NCBI GenBank assembly: GCA_021613535.1
Contig: CP075497.1
Location: 1,550,001 to 1,614,000, forward strand
DNA: 64,000 nucleotides
Direction of reading: 5' to 3'
Source of the DNA: Adineta vaga
Lineage: Eukaryota; Animalia; Rotifera
Under the pieces are notes generated by a model. That model was not told the DNA's origin and searched no databases. It saw nothing but the letters and a program-made list of their open reading frames with translations. The position numbers and the translations under genes were made by a program. This document shows, in pieces, positions 12,145 through 24,868 of the stretch. Each line of letters starts with the position of its first letter. The first letter of the stretch is position 1.

Positions 12145-14473
12145 ATGCCTATCTCAACTTGTCGAACACTTGCATATCGAAATTTTTCACAAATAGTCTT
12201 CAATACAACGGTATTAACTATAACGTCATCGAGTAAAGTTGATGGAGAATGGATTTTAAATAGTTTAGCATTAGTTATATTTATTTTTGCTTTACTCGGA
12301 AATACAGCAGCACTTGTTGTTATGTTTGGCTCCCGTGGACCAATTAGATTAACAAATAATAAATATTTAGTGAATTTAGCATGTGCTGATTTATTACGTG
12401 CATGTTTTATGCCCTTCACAATCATTGCACGTATGAAACGAAATTTTATGTTTGGATCAATTATTTGTAAAGTTCTACCAATTGTTCAAGGTAAAGTTTT
12501 ATTTTTGATCCAAGAAAAACAAAGACTAATATAGATGAGATATTTACTGTTTATTCCTTTGAGAAATAGACTTTAAAAAAAGCTAGAACAGATTGTTAAT
12601 AAAGAATAGTTATTTTTTTCTTTCTGAATATAAAATATGTTGTTTTGTTAGATGATATGATTTTCATTTGAAAACAAATCTTCTTGACAAGTTTTAATCG
12701 AAAAATTTCCATAATTCATTGTCTATCTATCAGTTAATTATCTCATTTTTCATTTCCTTTGATAATCATTAAATTACGAATTCATTTGAATATCAATATG
12801 ATCAATTTACTTGTGTCATCAAGTAGAAGAAAATAAAAGCAAATATTCTTTTTAAATATTTTTTGCAGGAACTAATTAATGTCAAACAAAAAGATCGTTT
12901 TTTCGAACTTAAGTAACATATTAACCTTTGGTTAACATGATTAAAGACGTAGAAAATGTCACAAATAGATGGTTAGTGAATTGTAAAAACATGATAATGA
13001 TATCATTGATATTCTAATTAAAATAAGATGACTTCTTTTTTACTTTCACTTGAAAATGATAAAAAGAAAAACAAGATCAAATATCTCAAAAAGAAAACTC
13101 TCAACTTTCTTCGATGCTAAATTTGCATGTCAAATGAACAACACGAAGAAAACTATCTTTTCTTATTTTAGGATTAAGTGTTGCTGTTGATGTCTTTACT
13201 CTTGTTTGTATAAGTGTTGAACGTTATATTGCAATATGTCGTCCATTATTAATCTTAAAACTTCAATCATTAAGATTTGCAAATCTTTTCAATGGTTTAA
13301 TTTTATTTTTCATATGGACATTAGGACTTTTAACAGCATTACCAAATATTCCTATGTATAATTTATGTTCATTACCTAAAGCTGGAAAATATAAATGTGA
13401 AAGAGTAAATTCACAATATTTTGATGAAAGATATTATATGATTGCCTTAGATAGTAAGTGAAATTAAATTGAAAAGAATTTATTTTGGAAAAAGAAAACA
13501 TTTTATTTTAGTTTTTTATTTTTTGGTACCAATGATTGTAATGCTTGTTCTTTATACACTTATTATTTGTAAAATGTATAAAAATAATACAGCAATGAGA
13601 ATGAGATCATTTCAATGTACGTAAAGAATTCTGTTCTTTGTCTTATGAATTAAGTATTTATATATTGACCTTCTTTTTGTTTCTATAGATAGTAATAATC
13701 AAAGTAAAACTCATTCAAGTTCATCAAGTCCTCCTCCAATTCGTCATAATAGTTATATACAACGTGAATTAAATGATTCAAATATAACTAAACAAGCATC
13801 AACAGTTGAAAGTATCGGTAGAATCTCTTCTCAAAGTAGTCGATCAAAATCTCGATTAAGTGATGAAGAAAATCAAAATGTTTCATCATGCACAAAACAT
13901 ACAAGTCATCATGATAGAAAACGTTCTCAATCAAATCCAATCTATCGTCATCTATCAAGAGAAACAAAACGTTCAACTTATTCTCGAACAAGTAGTAATC
14001 GAAGTCATCAATCATCTAATCAAGGAGTTTATCGAATGGATCGACATCGTCGCAAAGCATTGAAACTTCTTATTGTTATTATTGTTGAATTTTTTCTTTG
14101 TTGGACACCATTATTTATTTTTAATACATTCGGAACATTCGATAAAGATTTCTATCGTCAAATGCCAGCATTTCTTATCGATGTCATTCTTTTATTTTCC
14201 TTTGCATCACCATTATGCAATCCATTAACGTATTATTTCATGTCAAAAAGATATCGGTCAGTCTTATACGCATATTTATCATGTTGGTTTTGGAGAAATA
14301 AAGAAGAACAATTAAATGAAACAAATCAAGAAGCTCAACAAATGATCAAAGCATTACATTTACATCAACAACAGAATATTTTAGAATATAAACGAAAACA
14401 ATCGAAACCGAAAATAAATTCTTCAAATCAAATTTTATATCATCCAAAGTTTCGATCAAATACTGTACAATGA
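12145..14473 (+). CDS. Rhodopsin-class neuropeptide GPCR, cholecystokinin/sulfakinin receptor-like
   Basis: Four exons (about 12145-12490, 13171-13453, 13512-13616, 13689-14473) join in frame. Motifs GN (TM1), NLACADLL (TM2), ISVERYIAICRPL (TM3), VEFFLCWTPLF (TM6), CNPLTYYFMSKRYR (TM7). Confidence 0.85.
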
Positions 14474-15713
14474 AATACTTTTGAATTGTTTTCTTTTTTT
14501 TTTGTATTCAAAATAAACTTATCATTCAATTGATCTTAATTATTTTTTATCGAAGAAAAACAAGAAGAAAGTCAGACATTGTTTTGATTGTCAATTAACA
14601 TCGGAAATGAAATGTCATGTCTCGAACAAAAGACTTTCGGAAATCAAAAAATAAATTTTTCTCGTTTTTTAACTTCAAGTACAATTAAATCTCATTTAAA
14701 TAATAATCCAATAGTTGATATAAATAGATTGTATGCTAAAGAATCTTATTCTTAGGATAAACTTTCTATTCGTGATATATTCGATTTCATCACAAGATGA
14801 AATACGAGATTTAGTTATAATTTCCATTGATTTAGATTATTTTGTATTTCATAATGAAATTCATTGACGTTACACAAATTTCTCGAACATATCATTTTCC
14901 TTTGTGATAAAACATTGAAGTTCAATGAGTACATGAGAGATCCAATCCAAAGATAATTTCATAGAATTTTACAACAATTATTCTATGACTATCATTATAA
15001 TTATTTCATCTACTATATTCATCATTGTTGATTGCGTGATTAAGAAAAACATCGAATTTCCATATAGTGATGTGATTTATCAGGTATAAATTCATCAATT
15101 CTATAAGCGATTGAAAACGATAGTAAAACTTCCTATTGCTTACAATTATTGTAATAAGATTTATTATTAAAGAGTATCATTAATTTTGAAAGTTTACTAA
15201 TGAATAACTTGTTAAATATATAATTAAATCTATTTTCAAGATTTTAATTAAAGAGAACACATGACATTGCGCATGATGGTACTTGATAATAGATGAACGC
15301 ATTTACTTCGATAATTATACGTTGGATTTCATATATTTTTGGTTTTTTTGGGTGGTTTAAAAGTGATAATAATGAAATATTTAATTCTTATATTAGGTAT
15401 GTAGTCATATCAGCTGAAACGATACGAAGAATAGAAGTTAAGTAATGTTTTCTTATTTGATTAAAAATATTTTATTTATTCAACCTTGAGAAGTAGTTAG
15501 TTTCATATGTTTACTCTAAAATATCACGTCTGAGTTTAGTCATCATATTTCTTTACATTCCGATGAATAGACACTTTTTCCGTCACAGTTGAATAAATCA
15601 GATATTCTATTTGAATTGTTTGTTATGCTTGATTGATAGTGATGTCGCATGTATAAATATTCGTGAAGTATATAGAAACGATGCATATTTCTTCATTTAA
15701 TTGAAAAATAAAC

Positions 15714-16025
15714 ATGCGTTTTTTGGCTATTTGTATCCTGGTGCTTGTCGTTCTTTCTATCTTCGTCAATGGTGAAACGGGAACGAAAGGAAAGAGTGAA
15801 ACTAAACAATTAACTCGAAATTCTTCCAATCCAACACTAGCAAAAGATTTAAAACCTGTTGGAAGACGACGCATTGGAAAACTGGGTAAAGCATGTAAAA
15901 TACAATGCGCAAAACAAACAACTGACGAAACGGCAAAAGCAAGTGAAGAATCGAAGAAACAATGCCTAAGAGATTGCATACATAACAAATTAAAGCAAAA
16001 AAAAGCACAAAAAACCTCGTCTTAA
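15714..16025 (+). CDS. Small secreted cationic protein with CX3C-X18-CX3C motif
   Basis: Signal peptide MRFLAICILVLVVLSIFVNG, RRR basic site, CKIQC...CLRDC, Lys-rich; TATA-like tataaat at about 15652. Confidence 0.7.
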   Translation: MRFLAICILVLVVLSIFVNGETGTKGKSETKQLTRNSSNPTLAKDLKPVGRRRIGKLGKACKIQCAKQTTDETAKASEESKKQCLRDCIHNKLKQKKAQKTSS

Positions 16026-16365
16026 TATGAAAAAAATCTCCAACTAGTTTTTCTTGTATTAGTATATCGAATTTATTTTAAATTATCAAATAAAAATCTA
16101 TGTTTCATTCGAATTCTTCTACATACTTTTTTCCTCTTATTCACACAATCATTACAAATAAAGAAATGTTTTCTCCTTTTACAAAGCATTTTCTATTAAC
16201 TAAAACAAACAAATGAAGTTCTTTTTAACAATGCACAACAAATTCCAGTTGGTTACCAATACTGTTCTGTTTTTTTTGTTACGAAGAACAAGAAAATTTC
16301 TTTTTCGAACAAACATTGTTTTTCTTTTTCTTACGTACGTATAATAAAACAGTGAAAAAAACGAA

Positions 16366-17709
16366 ATGGTTGACTGGGCAACTCGAGATCGCTTATATTC
16401 ATCGGGTTATCAACCAATCGATATTCGACAACGACGTGTTGGTATTGATTCATCCTTACCTTATTCAGTTGCTTCGAATCAAAGTAATTTCGTTAAGTTT
16501 TATTTATTTTAATTAAATCCTATTAAATAGGACATAATTGTGGATTACAATTTGTTAATAAAAGTATTTCAACAGAAAGACTTCATCAAGATTTAAAAGA
16601 TGCGATCGATTTTCAAGAAAATATTCGTGAAAAAGAAAAGAAAAAGTGAAGAAATCTTTTCTAAATAAAGACAAAATGAAAAAAATGATTGAATTAATTT
16701 TAGAAGTAATAAATTACTTGCAACATATGCCTATAATATAAATTGGCCACGTTCTGTATGTTATTTAAGTGAAACTGATGGATCATTAATAATTTGTGAG
16801 CAAGAACGATGTCGTTTAATATTATTTACATCACAATTAATGTTTCGTTCAACTTGTGGTGGAACACGAGGAAATGACTCTTATGAACTTGATTCACCAT
16901 GGCATGTGACAGAATTTATTGAGAATTCTTCTTCAAATATTCTTGTTGCTGATACGAATAATAGACGTATTCAATGTTTTCTTATTGGACATCGAGGAAA
17001 ATTTATTTATAAATATACATTAACTACGAAAGACAAACCTTTTTATTTAGCAACAACAAAACATTGGTTAGCTGTTTCATGTGAAAATGGTTTTCTTAAA
17101 ACATTTTTTATTCCTGAAAGAGAAGAAATTCTTAATGTTAATTTAAATGAATTATTTTCAATTAAAAGTAAATTTCAAACTTAATTGACAAAAGAAAAAT
17201 CAATCGAATAAAAATTTTTCTTTTCTATTGAAGCACCCAAATCCATTGCATATCGTGTATGTATGGATCCAGATGATCATTCCATATTTGTAAGTAATCC
17301 ACTTGGAAAAAAAAGTTTAATTCATCAAATAACAATTGATGGAAAATATATTCGTTCAATAAAATTACTTAATCAACCATTTCTTCATATAAATTCATTG
17401 AATTATGATAAACAAAATCGACAATTTCTTATAATTGATTCAATAAATTCAATAATTTATTCTGTTAAACCGGATTTACAAGAAAATAATGTTGAAATAC
17501 TTTTTAAACCATCTGATCATCTTAATCATCCACAATCATTAGCAATTACAAACGAAGGTCATTTAGTTGTTACGGAATGTAGTGTTTTAACGCAACATGC
17601 GATTAAAATCTTTCGATATTTATCATGTTCCTGTCATTCAAGAGCGATGACACCAAGTGTTAAAACAAGTGATGTTACAAGTGTAAAATCAATTGTTTTA
17701 CAATATTAA
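16366..17709 (+). CDS. NHL/beta-propeller domain protein (multi-exon)
   Basis: ATG 16366 (MVDWATRDRLY...) with short GT-AG introns; NHL-like ELDSPWHV...ILVADTNNRRIQCF and LNHPQSLAITNEGHLVVTE. Confidence 0.7.
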
Positions 17710-18002
17710 TCAAACTATTCCACAGAACTTTCTATTGATCTTTCATGAATAATTATTTTTTTCTACAAATAATCAAATGAAATTTCGTTGTATTCGAAAT
17801 TCGTGAATAAAGAACCTTTTGAATGAAATAAATCACGTTAGTACTCCAACTATATATTTTTTAAACAACTGCACCGCAATTTTTTCAATAGAAAACATGG
17901 TTAACCACTAATCGTATAGTGATGAAAAATTCTTTATTATTATGTTTGTATCAGATGAAACTTCAGTATATAATTGATTAAAATGTTCATGTAAATATAG
18001 TT

Positions 18003-18230
18003 TTATTTTTGAAAGGCCGAAGTTTTCAACGCATCTGTTTCAGTATAAAGTTTTGTAAGATCGTCTTCTTTTTTCGTCTGTATATCCACTTGATTAGTTG
18101 TTGAACCTGATGATGACATCCCAATTGAATGTTTTCCACCTGTAGAAAACTCACTTCCTCCAATATCTTCTTTACCTTCTTTTGCTTGATTACTTGCTGA
18201 TCCAGATGATGAAAAACCACCACTACTCAT
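18003..18230 (-). CDS. 75-aa Ser/Gly-rich hydrophilic peptide, copy 1
   Basis: MSSGGFSSSGSASNQAKEGKEDIGGSEFSTGGKHSIGMSSSGSTTNQ...FQK*; the paralog at 26013-26240 keeps start, length and stop. Confidence 0.6.
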   Translation of the reverse strand: MSSGGFSSSGSASNQAKEGKEDIGGSEFSTGGKHSIGMSSSGSTTNQVDIQTKKEDDLTKLYTETDALKTSAFQK

Positions 18231-18695
18231 TTTATTATTAACACTATACAACTAAACTTATTATGCAGACGAAGGTTTGCACATCTAAGATATGCATGAT
18301 TGACCTTTACTGTTATGACCTTCCTCCTTCAATAAGATATGATAACAAAAAGAAAAGAACGAGTCTGTTGATGCTTGAAGGTTTCTGTTGGATTCATTAA
18401 TAAAACAAAGATATACATTTTGAAAGTTTTATTTTAATATTTAGTAAATGAACTATTATTGAACTCGATTTCACGAAAGAACTATATATGTAATACTCGA
18501 AAATTCAATTCAACTGATATACTTGAATAGTTGATATTTTTATAATAATAATAGTAATACATGAAATTTAAGTATCAATAAACGTAATATAAAGACTAGA
18601 ACGAAATTAATGAAGTGCAAAACTTTTATTTAACAGGAATTTTCGATCTTATTTGAAGATGATTATCAACTATAACACAACACAAAATTCAGTGA

Positions 18696-18880
18696 AAGAA
18701 TCAGATGTTACAAGTAAAACTGAATTATGTCAAATGGACAGGTTAGTTATTAATGTCAAGTTACGGTTAATTCATTGAAAATTAACGAAAATTAGTTCAA
18801 AATGGCTTTTTAACATCAAATTCTTTGTTTTTATTCTTGTCATATTTTGCTCTAATTTTTACTTGCAACATCTGATTCTT
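18696..18880. mobile_element. MITE-like element with 24-bp terminal inverted repeats
   Basis: AAGAATCAGATGTTACAAGTAAAA (18696-18719) vs TTTTACTTGCAACATCTGATTCTT (18857-18880), one mismatch. Confidence 0.6.
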
Positions 18881-18884
18881 GAGA

Positions 18885-18930
18885 GTGTGGGTGTGGGTTG
18901 AATACATGGCACACCCACCCACACCCACAC
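18885..18930. repeat. Inverted pair of telomere-like (TGTGGG)n units forming a hairpin
   Basis: GTGTGGGTGTGGGT (18885-18898) and its exact reverse complement ACCCACACCCACAC (18917-18930). Confidence 0.7.
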
Positions 18931-20159
18931 CTTCTCGTGTTGCTTTGTAAAACGTTCTTTTAATAATGTAGTTATTTAAATATTCTTTCTCTTACTCTTA
19001 AGAAGTTTCTACCATTTAACATGTAATAATGTGCAAAACAGTATATTATCCATTTCACATCAAATATAAATCATCATCTGATTAAGTATATAATTATTAG
19101 AATAACAATAAGTGACAGTAAAAAAACCATTTTTTTTCCAAATATATCATAGGACTCCTATCAAACAAAAAAATTCTTTCATTTTTCTCAACAAAAAAAA
19201 TAAACATAATATGTATATAGAATCTCTTGAAAATGAATTATTTTTCTTTCAATAAAATATTCATTAGCTATATTATGAACAAATAAAAAGGAAGTTGTTA
19301 TTATTAAGAAAGTAATTCCTTTCAGTTGATGAGAACAATTTCCTACACATCTATTATTTATTAGTTTTCAAAATATTCACTAAGACTAGTTGTCATAGTT
19401 AACATTTTTATATGAGTATCTTTCCAATGTGATAGCTGAGTTTCTCGACCTTGTATATATTCATCAAATGAAATAAGTATATCATCATCATCATGTAGTA
19501 ATTTAGACAATGAATTATTTCGTCGATGCATTTTATTTTGTTCATATTGATCAACAATTTTTTTTAGCATATAATTCAATATCTTTTGCAGGTAATTGAT
19601 CAATTGTCGTCATTTTTTTCTGATAAAAACCATTGCTGAAAACTTTGATTCTTTTCTTATAGCAAGAATGAAGGAAAACGAAACTCATCCAAACACAAGG
19701 TTTATAATATTCAATTCATCTACACATTGCTGAAGTTTCGTATACAAAGAATGTGTTAAAATGAACTGAAAATTTCTATAAGAAAGATGTATAGTCGACG
19801 AACATGACCTATTCATTATTCTATTTGCTCGTCCATTTCAAACATACATTTTTTTTCTCAATATCAGGTGATCAGTTATTGGTCTGTATATAGATTGAAA
19901 AAACAATTTCCTAATTATGTCAAATGAATATAAACAATTGTCTTAACTTAAATTTTTTATCAATGAATCAAAAGTGCCAACTATAGTTTATCATTTATTA
20001 TTTCTTGTTATAGAACCAATCGAAAATTTATTTTCACGCTTATTGAAAGTTTTGTTTTCTCTTTAACATTCACGTAAAGATTTAACAATAGATACATTTC
20101 CAAACATTCAAATATTGATATGGATACTTTTCATTTACATTTCAAGTATGTTTATCTAA

Positions 20160-20801
20160 AGATATCAAAAAATAACTCATCAATTGGATTATTTGATTGT
20201 TTAATTTTTCTGGTCTAATAAACTGAGAAATATACATTTGATCATTTTAATAGGATGTAGTTATTTGTTTTTTCAATTGCCTTCTATGAATAAATACTCA
20301 AATGACTTTGCTATTCCATCTTCATTATTTGAAAGTAATGGATCATCGATAATTTACAATTTATTTGAATAGGCTGCTATGAGTAAGTATTTGCCAATAA
20401 CTGAAGCAAAAATACAGAATATATTTGTAGGTCGCTGTTTATCTTCATCATTACTTATTCCTGATAATATTCATAGTTACACATCTATGAGCTTATTAAT
20501 CATATTACTGTACATTATCTCCGTATTATTGAGTATATTGGCTCAATGGGAATATTCATGTGTTTCTCATGATCAATTAATGAAACCTTATCGATGGTAT
20601 TGTTGGTGTTTTAAAATAGTCATTTGTTTTGTTATTGCTACGATCTGTAATCAACTAGTCAATGCATTATCATGTAGACCCATTGATGTTCTCTACGATA
20701 TACGATATTCATCAATGCTCATAATACATACTTGGTTTTCTTATTTGTCTTCTCTTGGCCTTGGCATTAAATATGCATCAATCCAATATAGAAACCAATA
20801 A
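20160..20801 (+). pseudogene. Degenerate paralog of the membrane protein at 21793-23053
   Basis: Last exon RCLSSS...QLMKPYRWYCWC...LSCRPIDVLYDIRY...LGIKYASI matches RCTLSSS...KLLQPYEWFCWC...LGCRPVEVIYDIRY...LGFKYATI. The preceding exon appears to contain stops; 5' boundary approximate. Confidence 0.5.
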
Positions 20802-21792
20802 CGAATAGTTTTTTCAATCTTGAACAAAATATTGTTTTTGTATTACTTTTGTTATGCTAGTTTTCGTCGATTACTTTTATGTTTTTCCATGTATAACATC
20901 GTTTGTACTGCTTGATTGTCTCTTATTCTGTTCCTATTCATTATCTATAATAAAGTGCTGTCATCAGATTTATACATCAAGTACAATTTACTTAGTTCAT
21001 TGCTCGATAGAATCAACTCAATGTTATCTTTATCTATTGTGATTGTGATGAAAATGAGAGCCTGATAAATGTTCTGTTTGTAATCGATCTATTAAAGACA
21101 TTGTTCTTCATGTTTTCAAGAAGCAATCTTGTAAAAAAGAGTAGTGATTAGCTGATTTATAGTTAAATTATATCATAACTTGATATCCGAAATATAAAAA
21201 AACACAAAGTAGACAATTCACGCGTTCCCTTGGCGAATCGTGTTACGTCCGTCTCTTTTTATTCTTTATTTTTTTTAGGCTGACATACACCTTTCTACAT
21301 TTTCTCTCATCCGTCAATAATTTAGACAATATGAGATAAGTCATTCCTCATTGTCTGATCACTTGTTATGAAATGATTATATACATAAGCTTTATTGAAT
21401 TTAATAGTTTTCTTGCAGGCAGCGAAAAAAGTCTCAAATAAATGTAAGTAGTTCCAGCAAAGAACGTTTATTGAAATAGATTTTATAATGATAGTGAACA
21501 TAAATAGAGAAAATTCTATCATTATTTATTTCATAGAGTGAATAAAAATAATACTAACATAAGACGAAAATTATAAGGAAAACTTAAACTTTTGTATAAA
21601 CATCTGTCTTATTAGAAAGATATCTATGTCTTTGCGAGTATCAATGTTTTGTCATTCGATTTACTCAAAAAATAATTCAAGATGAACGTACAACTATTGA
21701 AAAGATGATTTTTATAGTATTGATTAATTATAATTTCCTTCGAATAAATAATGATCAGATATGTTTTTATTAATGTTTGCAGTGATGTTATT

Positions 21793-23053
21793 ATGGCAAC
21801 TATTCACTCATTTCCTGTACAACAACAAGAACAGAAACGGCAGTCGGTAATATTTTCAGCAGCAGACATGTTGTATAATCATTTTGGGTACGTTCTGTTT
21901 GAAACTATGAACATGTATATATATATATATATATGTCATAGGCCATTCTACAATTCGATTTTGGACTAGTCCAAACCTAGATTATCAAGAAAGTTTTCAT
22001 TAAATCTCAAATTCCTGTCGATATAAATGTTCGATTGATAATTTGATTGATAAATTGTTTTACGACACTATTACTCTATATATTACAATTGATAAGGAAT
22101 GTATTGATTTGAGATTCGCACACTTATGTATGATCTTGCATAAAATGCAGTCTTGTAAGAAAACATCTTAATAGTTCTACATAATCCAATTTTTATTGTA
22201 TCATCGGCAATCGAAATATATGAAATAGTATTGTTGCAATTAACTCACCAACGAAATTTTCAATCGAACATTTACATCGACAGAAATTTGAGTTTTAATG
22301 AAAACTTCCCTGATAATCCAGGACTGGACTAGTCCAAAATCGGATTCTAGAATGGCCTACGACATAACTATATTTGTTTATGTTTAGATATAGACCACGT
22401 ATAAATCGAATGTTTGATATAACAAAGAAGTTACGAATAATCTATGCGTTTATGTTTTTTGTATGTATTCAGCTTCATTTCTGGTTACCAGTGATGAGTT
22501 TAGATTCGAACGATAATATTGATTTTCCGTTGATTAAAACTAAGAATTCATTAACAAAATCTCAATTAAGATATTTGACTTGTATAAGTAAGTACTTTCA
22601 ATTTTTATTTTATCAGCACAAATTCATGCATAAAAATAAAGATAAAAGAAATAGTTTTGCATTTCTCGTTTTACAGACCGTTGTACATTATCATCATCAA
22701 TTACTATGGATAATCTTATTAGTTACAAAAACATGGCATGGATAATCTTGTCATTATGTTCATGTTCTTATATAATGTTATTAATTTCATTAATTATTTA
22801 TAGAGATTTTCCATATGAGAAACTTCTACAACCTTACGAATGGTTCTGTTGGTGTCGTTTGATATTAATTTATTTTGTTATATCGTCGATATTCCTTCAA
22901 TTAGCTAGTGTATTAGGATGTCGACCAGTAGAAGTTATCTATGATATTCGATATATAATAATGATTATTGTTCAAATAGTTGGTTTTATTATTTGTCTTT
23001 TCCTTGCTTTTTGTCTTGGTTTCAAATATGCAACAATCAAAAGTCGACATTAA
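21793..23053 (+). CDS. Uncharacterised multi-pass membrane protein (3 exons)
   Basis: ATG 21793 ...HFG|G|YRPRINR...CI|NRCTLSSSITMDNL... joins in frame at GT-AG sites; about 4 hydrophobic segments. Confidence 0.65.
21934..22364. mobile_element. MITE (about 430 bp, ~40-bp TIRs, TA flanks) inserted in intron 1
   Basis: Left TGTCATAGGCCATTCTACAATTCGATTTTGGACTAGTCCA vs right TGGACTAGTCCAAAATCGGATTCTAGAATGGCCTACGACA (3 mismatches); TA on both sides, left side in a (TA)n tract. Confidence 0.85.
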
Positions 23054-24454
23054 TTATTGTACAGTTATTTACATTGACAATTATCATGCATATCAAAAAC
23101 ATTTATCTTGTTGAATTCTAATTGAAATTCTTTTTTTTTTCATATTTCATAAACATGAAATTATTCGTTTGGAAAAATGACTCTAATGATTTTAGGAAAT
23201 AATCATCTAAAACATTAATTTGATTTTAATTATCTTCAATTGTTGTCTCCTCAATCTAATCTCAAATGCCCAAAAAGCCACTTCGATTTTCTGATAGGGT
23301 GTAATATTTATTCTCGATATAGGAGATAATATCAATCGGTGTGGTAGCTTATTAACAATAGCTTTTCCAAAGAATTTCCCATTTACATGTGTTTATTTCG
23401 ATATTTATATCATGTACATCACGATTGGTATATGAAGTTACAGACGAACGATTGAAATTTATTACTATATGGCGGTTTATCCTATGTATATTACATTTCT
23501 TAACTAGCCAGAAGAAAGAGAAATGGCTTCAATGAAAATTTTATATTTATAAGACAAGCCCAGAAAATATTCACTGTAATGAAATTGCTGATAACAACTC
23601 ATTTCGTTATACGACAGATTAATATCTATTCTTCAATGCTGTATTTTAATTATAACTGTAAATACATTTTATCAGCAAAAAAAACATTTCACCCGATAAT
23701 TCAATTGAGAATTCTTACGTTAAGACTACTGGTTGAAAATCTCAGTTTGAATAAATTGATGCTTTCCTGGACAATCAGTAAAGAAGTATGTTGCTTATAA
23801 TATAGCTTTATATTTGTACATGAATTTATTTTTGATGTACGAAAGAAATTCGAAACAAGAATTTGCCATATTTTTCTTTTGTTTTAATAATTATGTGATT
23901 TCAAATATTAATATTAATTATATAACGAATACAAAAAGAGGGAACAGTTCGATTTTTCCAATATTTGAAAAGTTAAAAGATTTTTCAAAAAATTTTGTTT
24001 GACAGTGAATAATTAAGAAAGGATTTATTCCATAATTTAAAAAAAATGCAACTAGATATTTTAGATTTTGATAGATATTATTATTTTAAAATTTTGTTTT
24101 AATCTTTTGAGTGAATTTTAGAAAATATTCTAATCAATGGTTTAAATATGAAAAATGAATAAAGAAAGTATCTTTTAATTGATACTATTTCCATCTGGTA
24201 TATGTTGAATAGTGAAAAGAGGCATGATTCTTTCGATTTTCTCTTTCGTTTATTTATATTACTATTCGTTTCAAAGTGATTCATTGAAGATATATCAAAA
24301 AATGTTCTACTTTTTTTTTTGATATTTTAAAAATAAAATCTTGATGTAAAACAATCACAGTTCCATTCTTACAGAGTTTAATTGAATTAAATTCAGTTTT
24401 TATAAATAAAAATAAAAGTTATTTTCATTAATAATACAGGAGATTCATTTATAG

Positions 24455-24868
24455 ATGATTTCCACAGAACGTGTTAAATTTTTGTTTCGTAAGATAGTGT
24501 TAAGTTTGATATGCTTTTACATACCATTAACAATATCAGGTTGACAATTTATTGCCATATGTTTACCTGATGATAATTGGAAATACAAGTTAATTTACAA
24601 AATGAATATTATGTTAGTTGGTTTTTCTGGTTTTGTTAGTAGTATCATGACGCCAATTCCATGGCGAACCAGACTATTCTCATTTAATACACTTTGCTGT
24701 GTTATTATATGCTTATTATCAATGTATTTATCATGGAGAGATCTGGGTGATTATATGAACGCTTTCAATATACATGTGTTACAGTTCATACTTGGTGTGA
24801 TTACATTTGCCTATGTTTTTATTACATATCTGCATTATTATCATTATATTGAAGCCAGATTGTTATAA
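24455..24868 (+). pseudogene. Small multi-TM protein ORF interrupted by one in-frame TGA
   Basis: ATG 24455 MISTERVKFLFRKIVLSLICFYIPLTISG*QFIAICLPDDNWKYKLIYK continues in frame into ORF 24602-24868; TGA at 24542-24544. Confidence 0.5.

Noticed and set aside
11856-12425. 189-aa minus-strand ORF and other antisense or alternate-frame ORFs in the track (e.g. 15623, 41106, 44289, 46329, 50877)
   Set aside because: Shadows of real genes or low-complexity AT-rich frames with no motifs.
19361-19800. Coding-like minus-strand remnant
   Set aside because: Contains stops and no identifiable motif; cannot be assigned.
20850-21120. Possible RING-finger remnant (DKCSVCNRSIKDIV)
   Set aside because: Multiple stops and only one CxxC pair; insufficient support.
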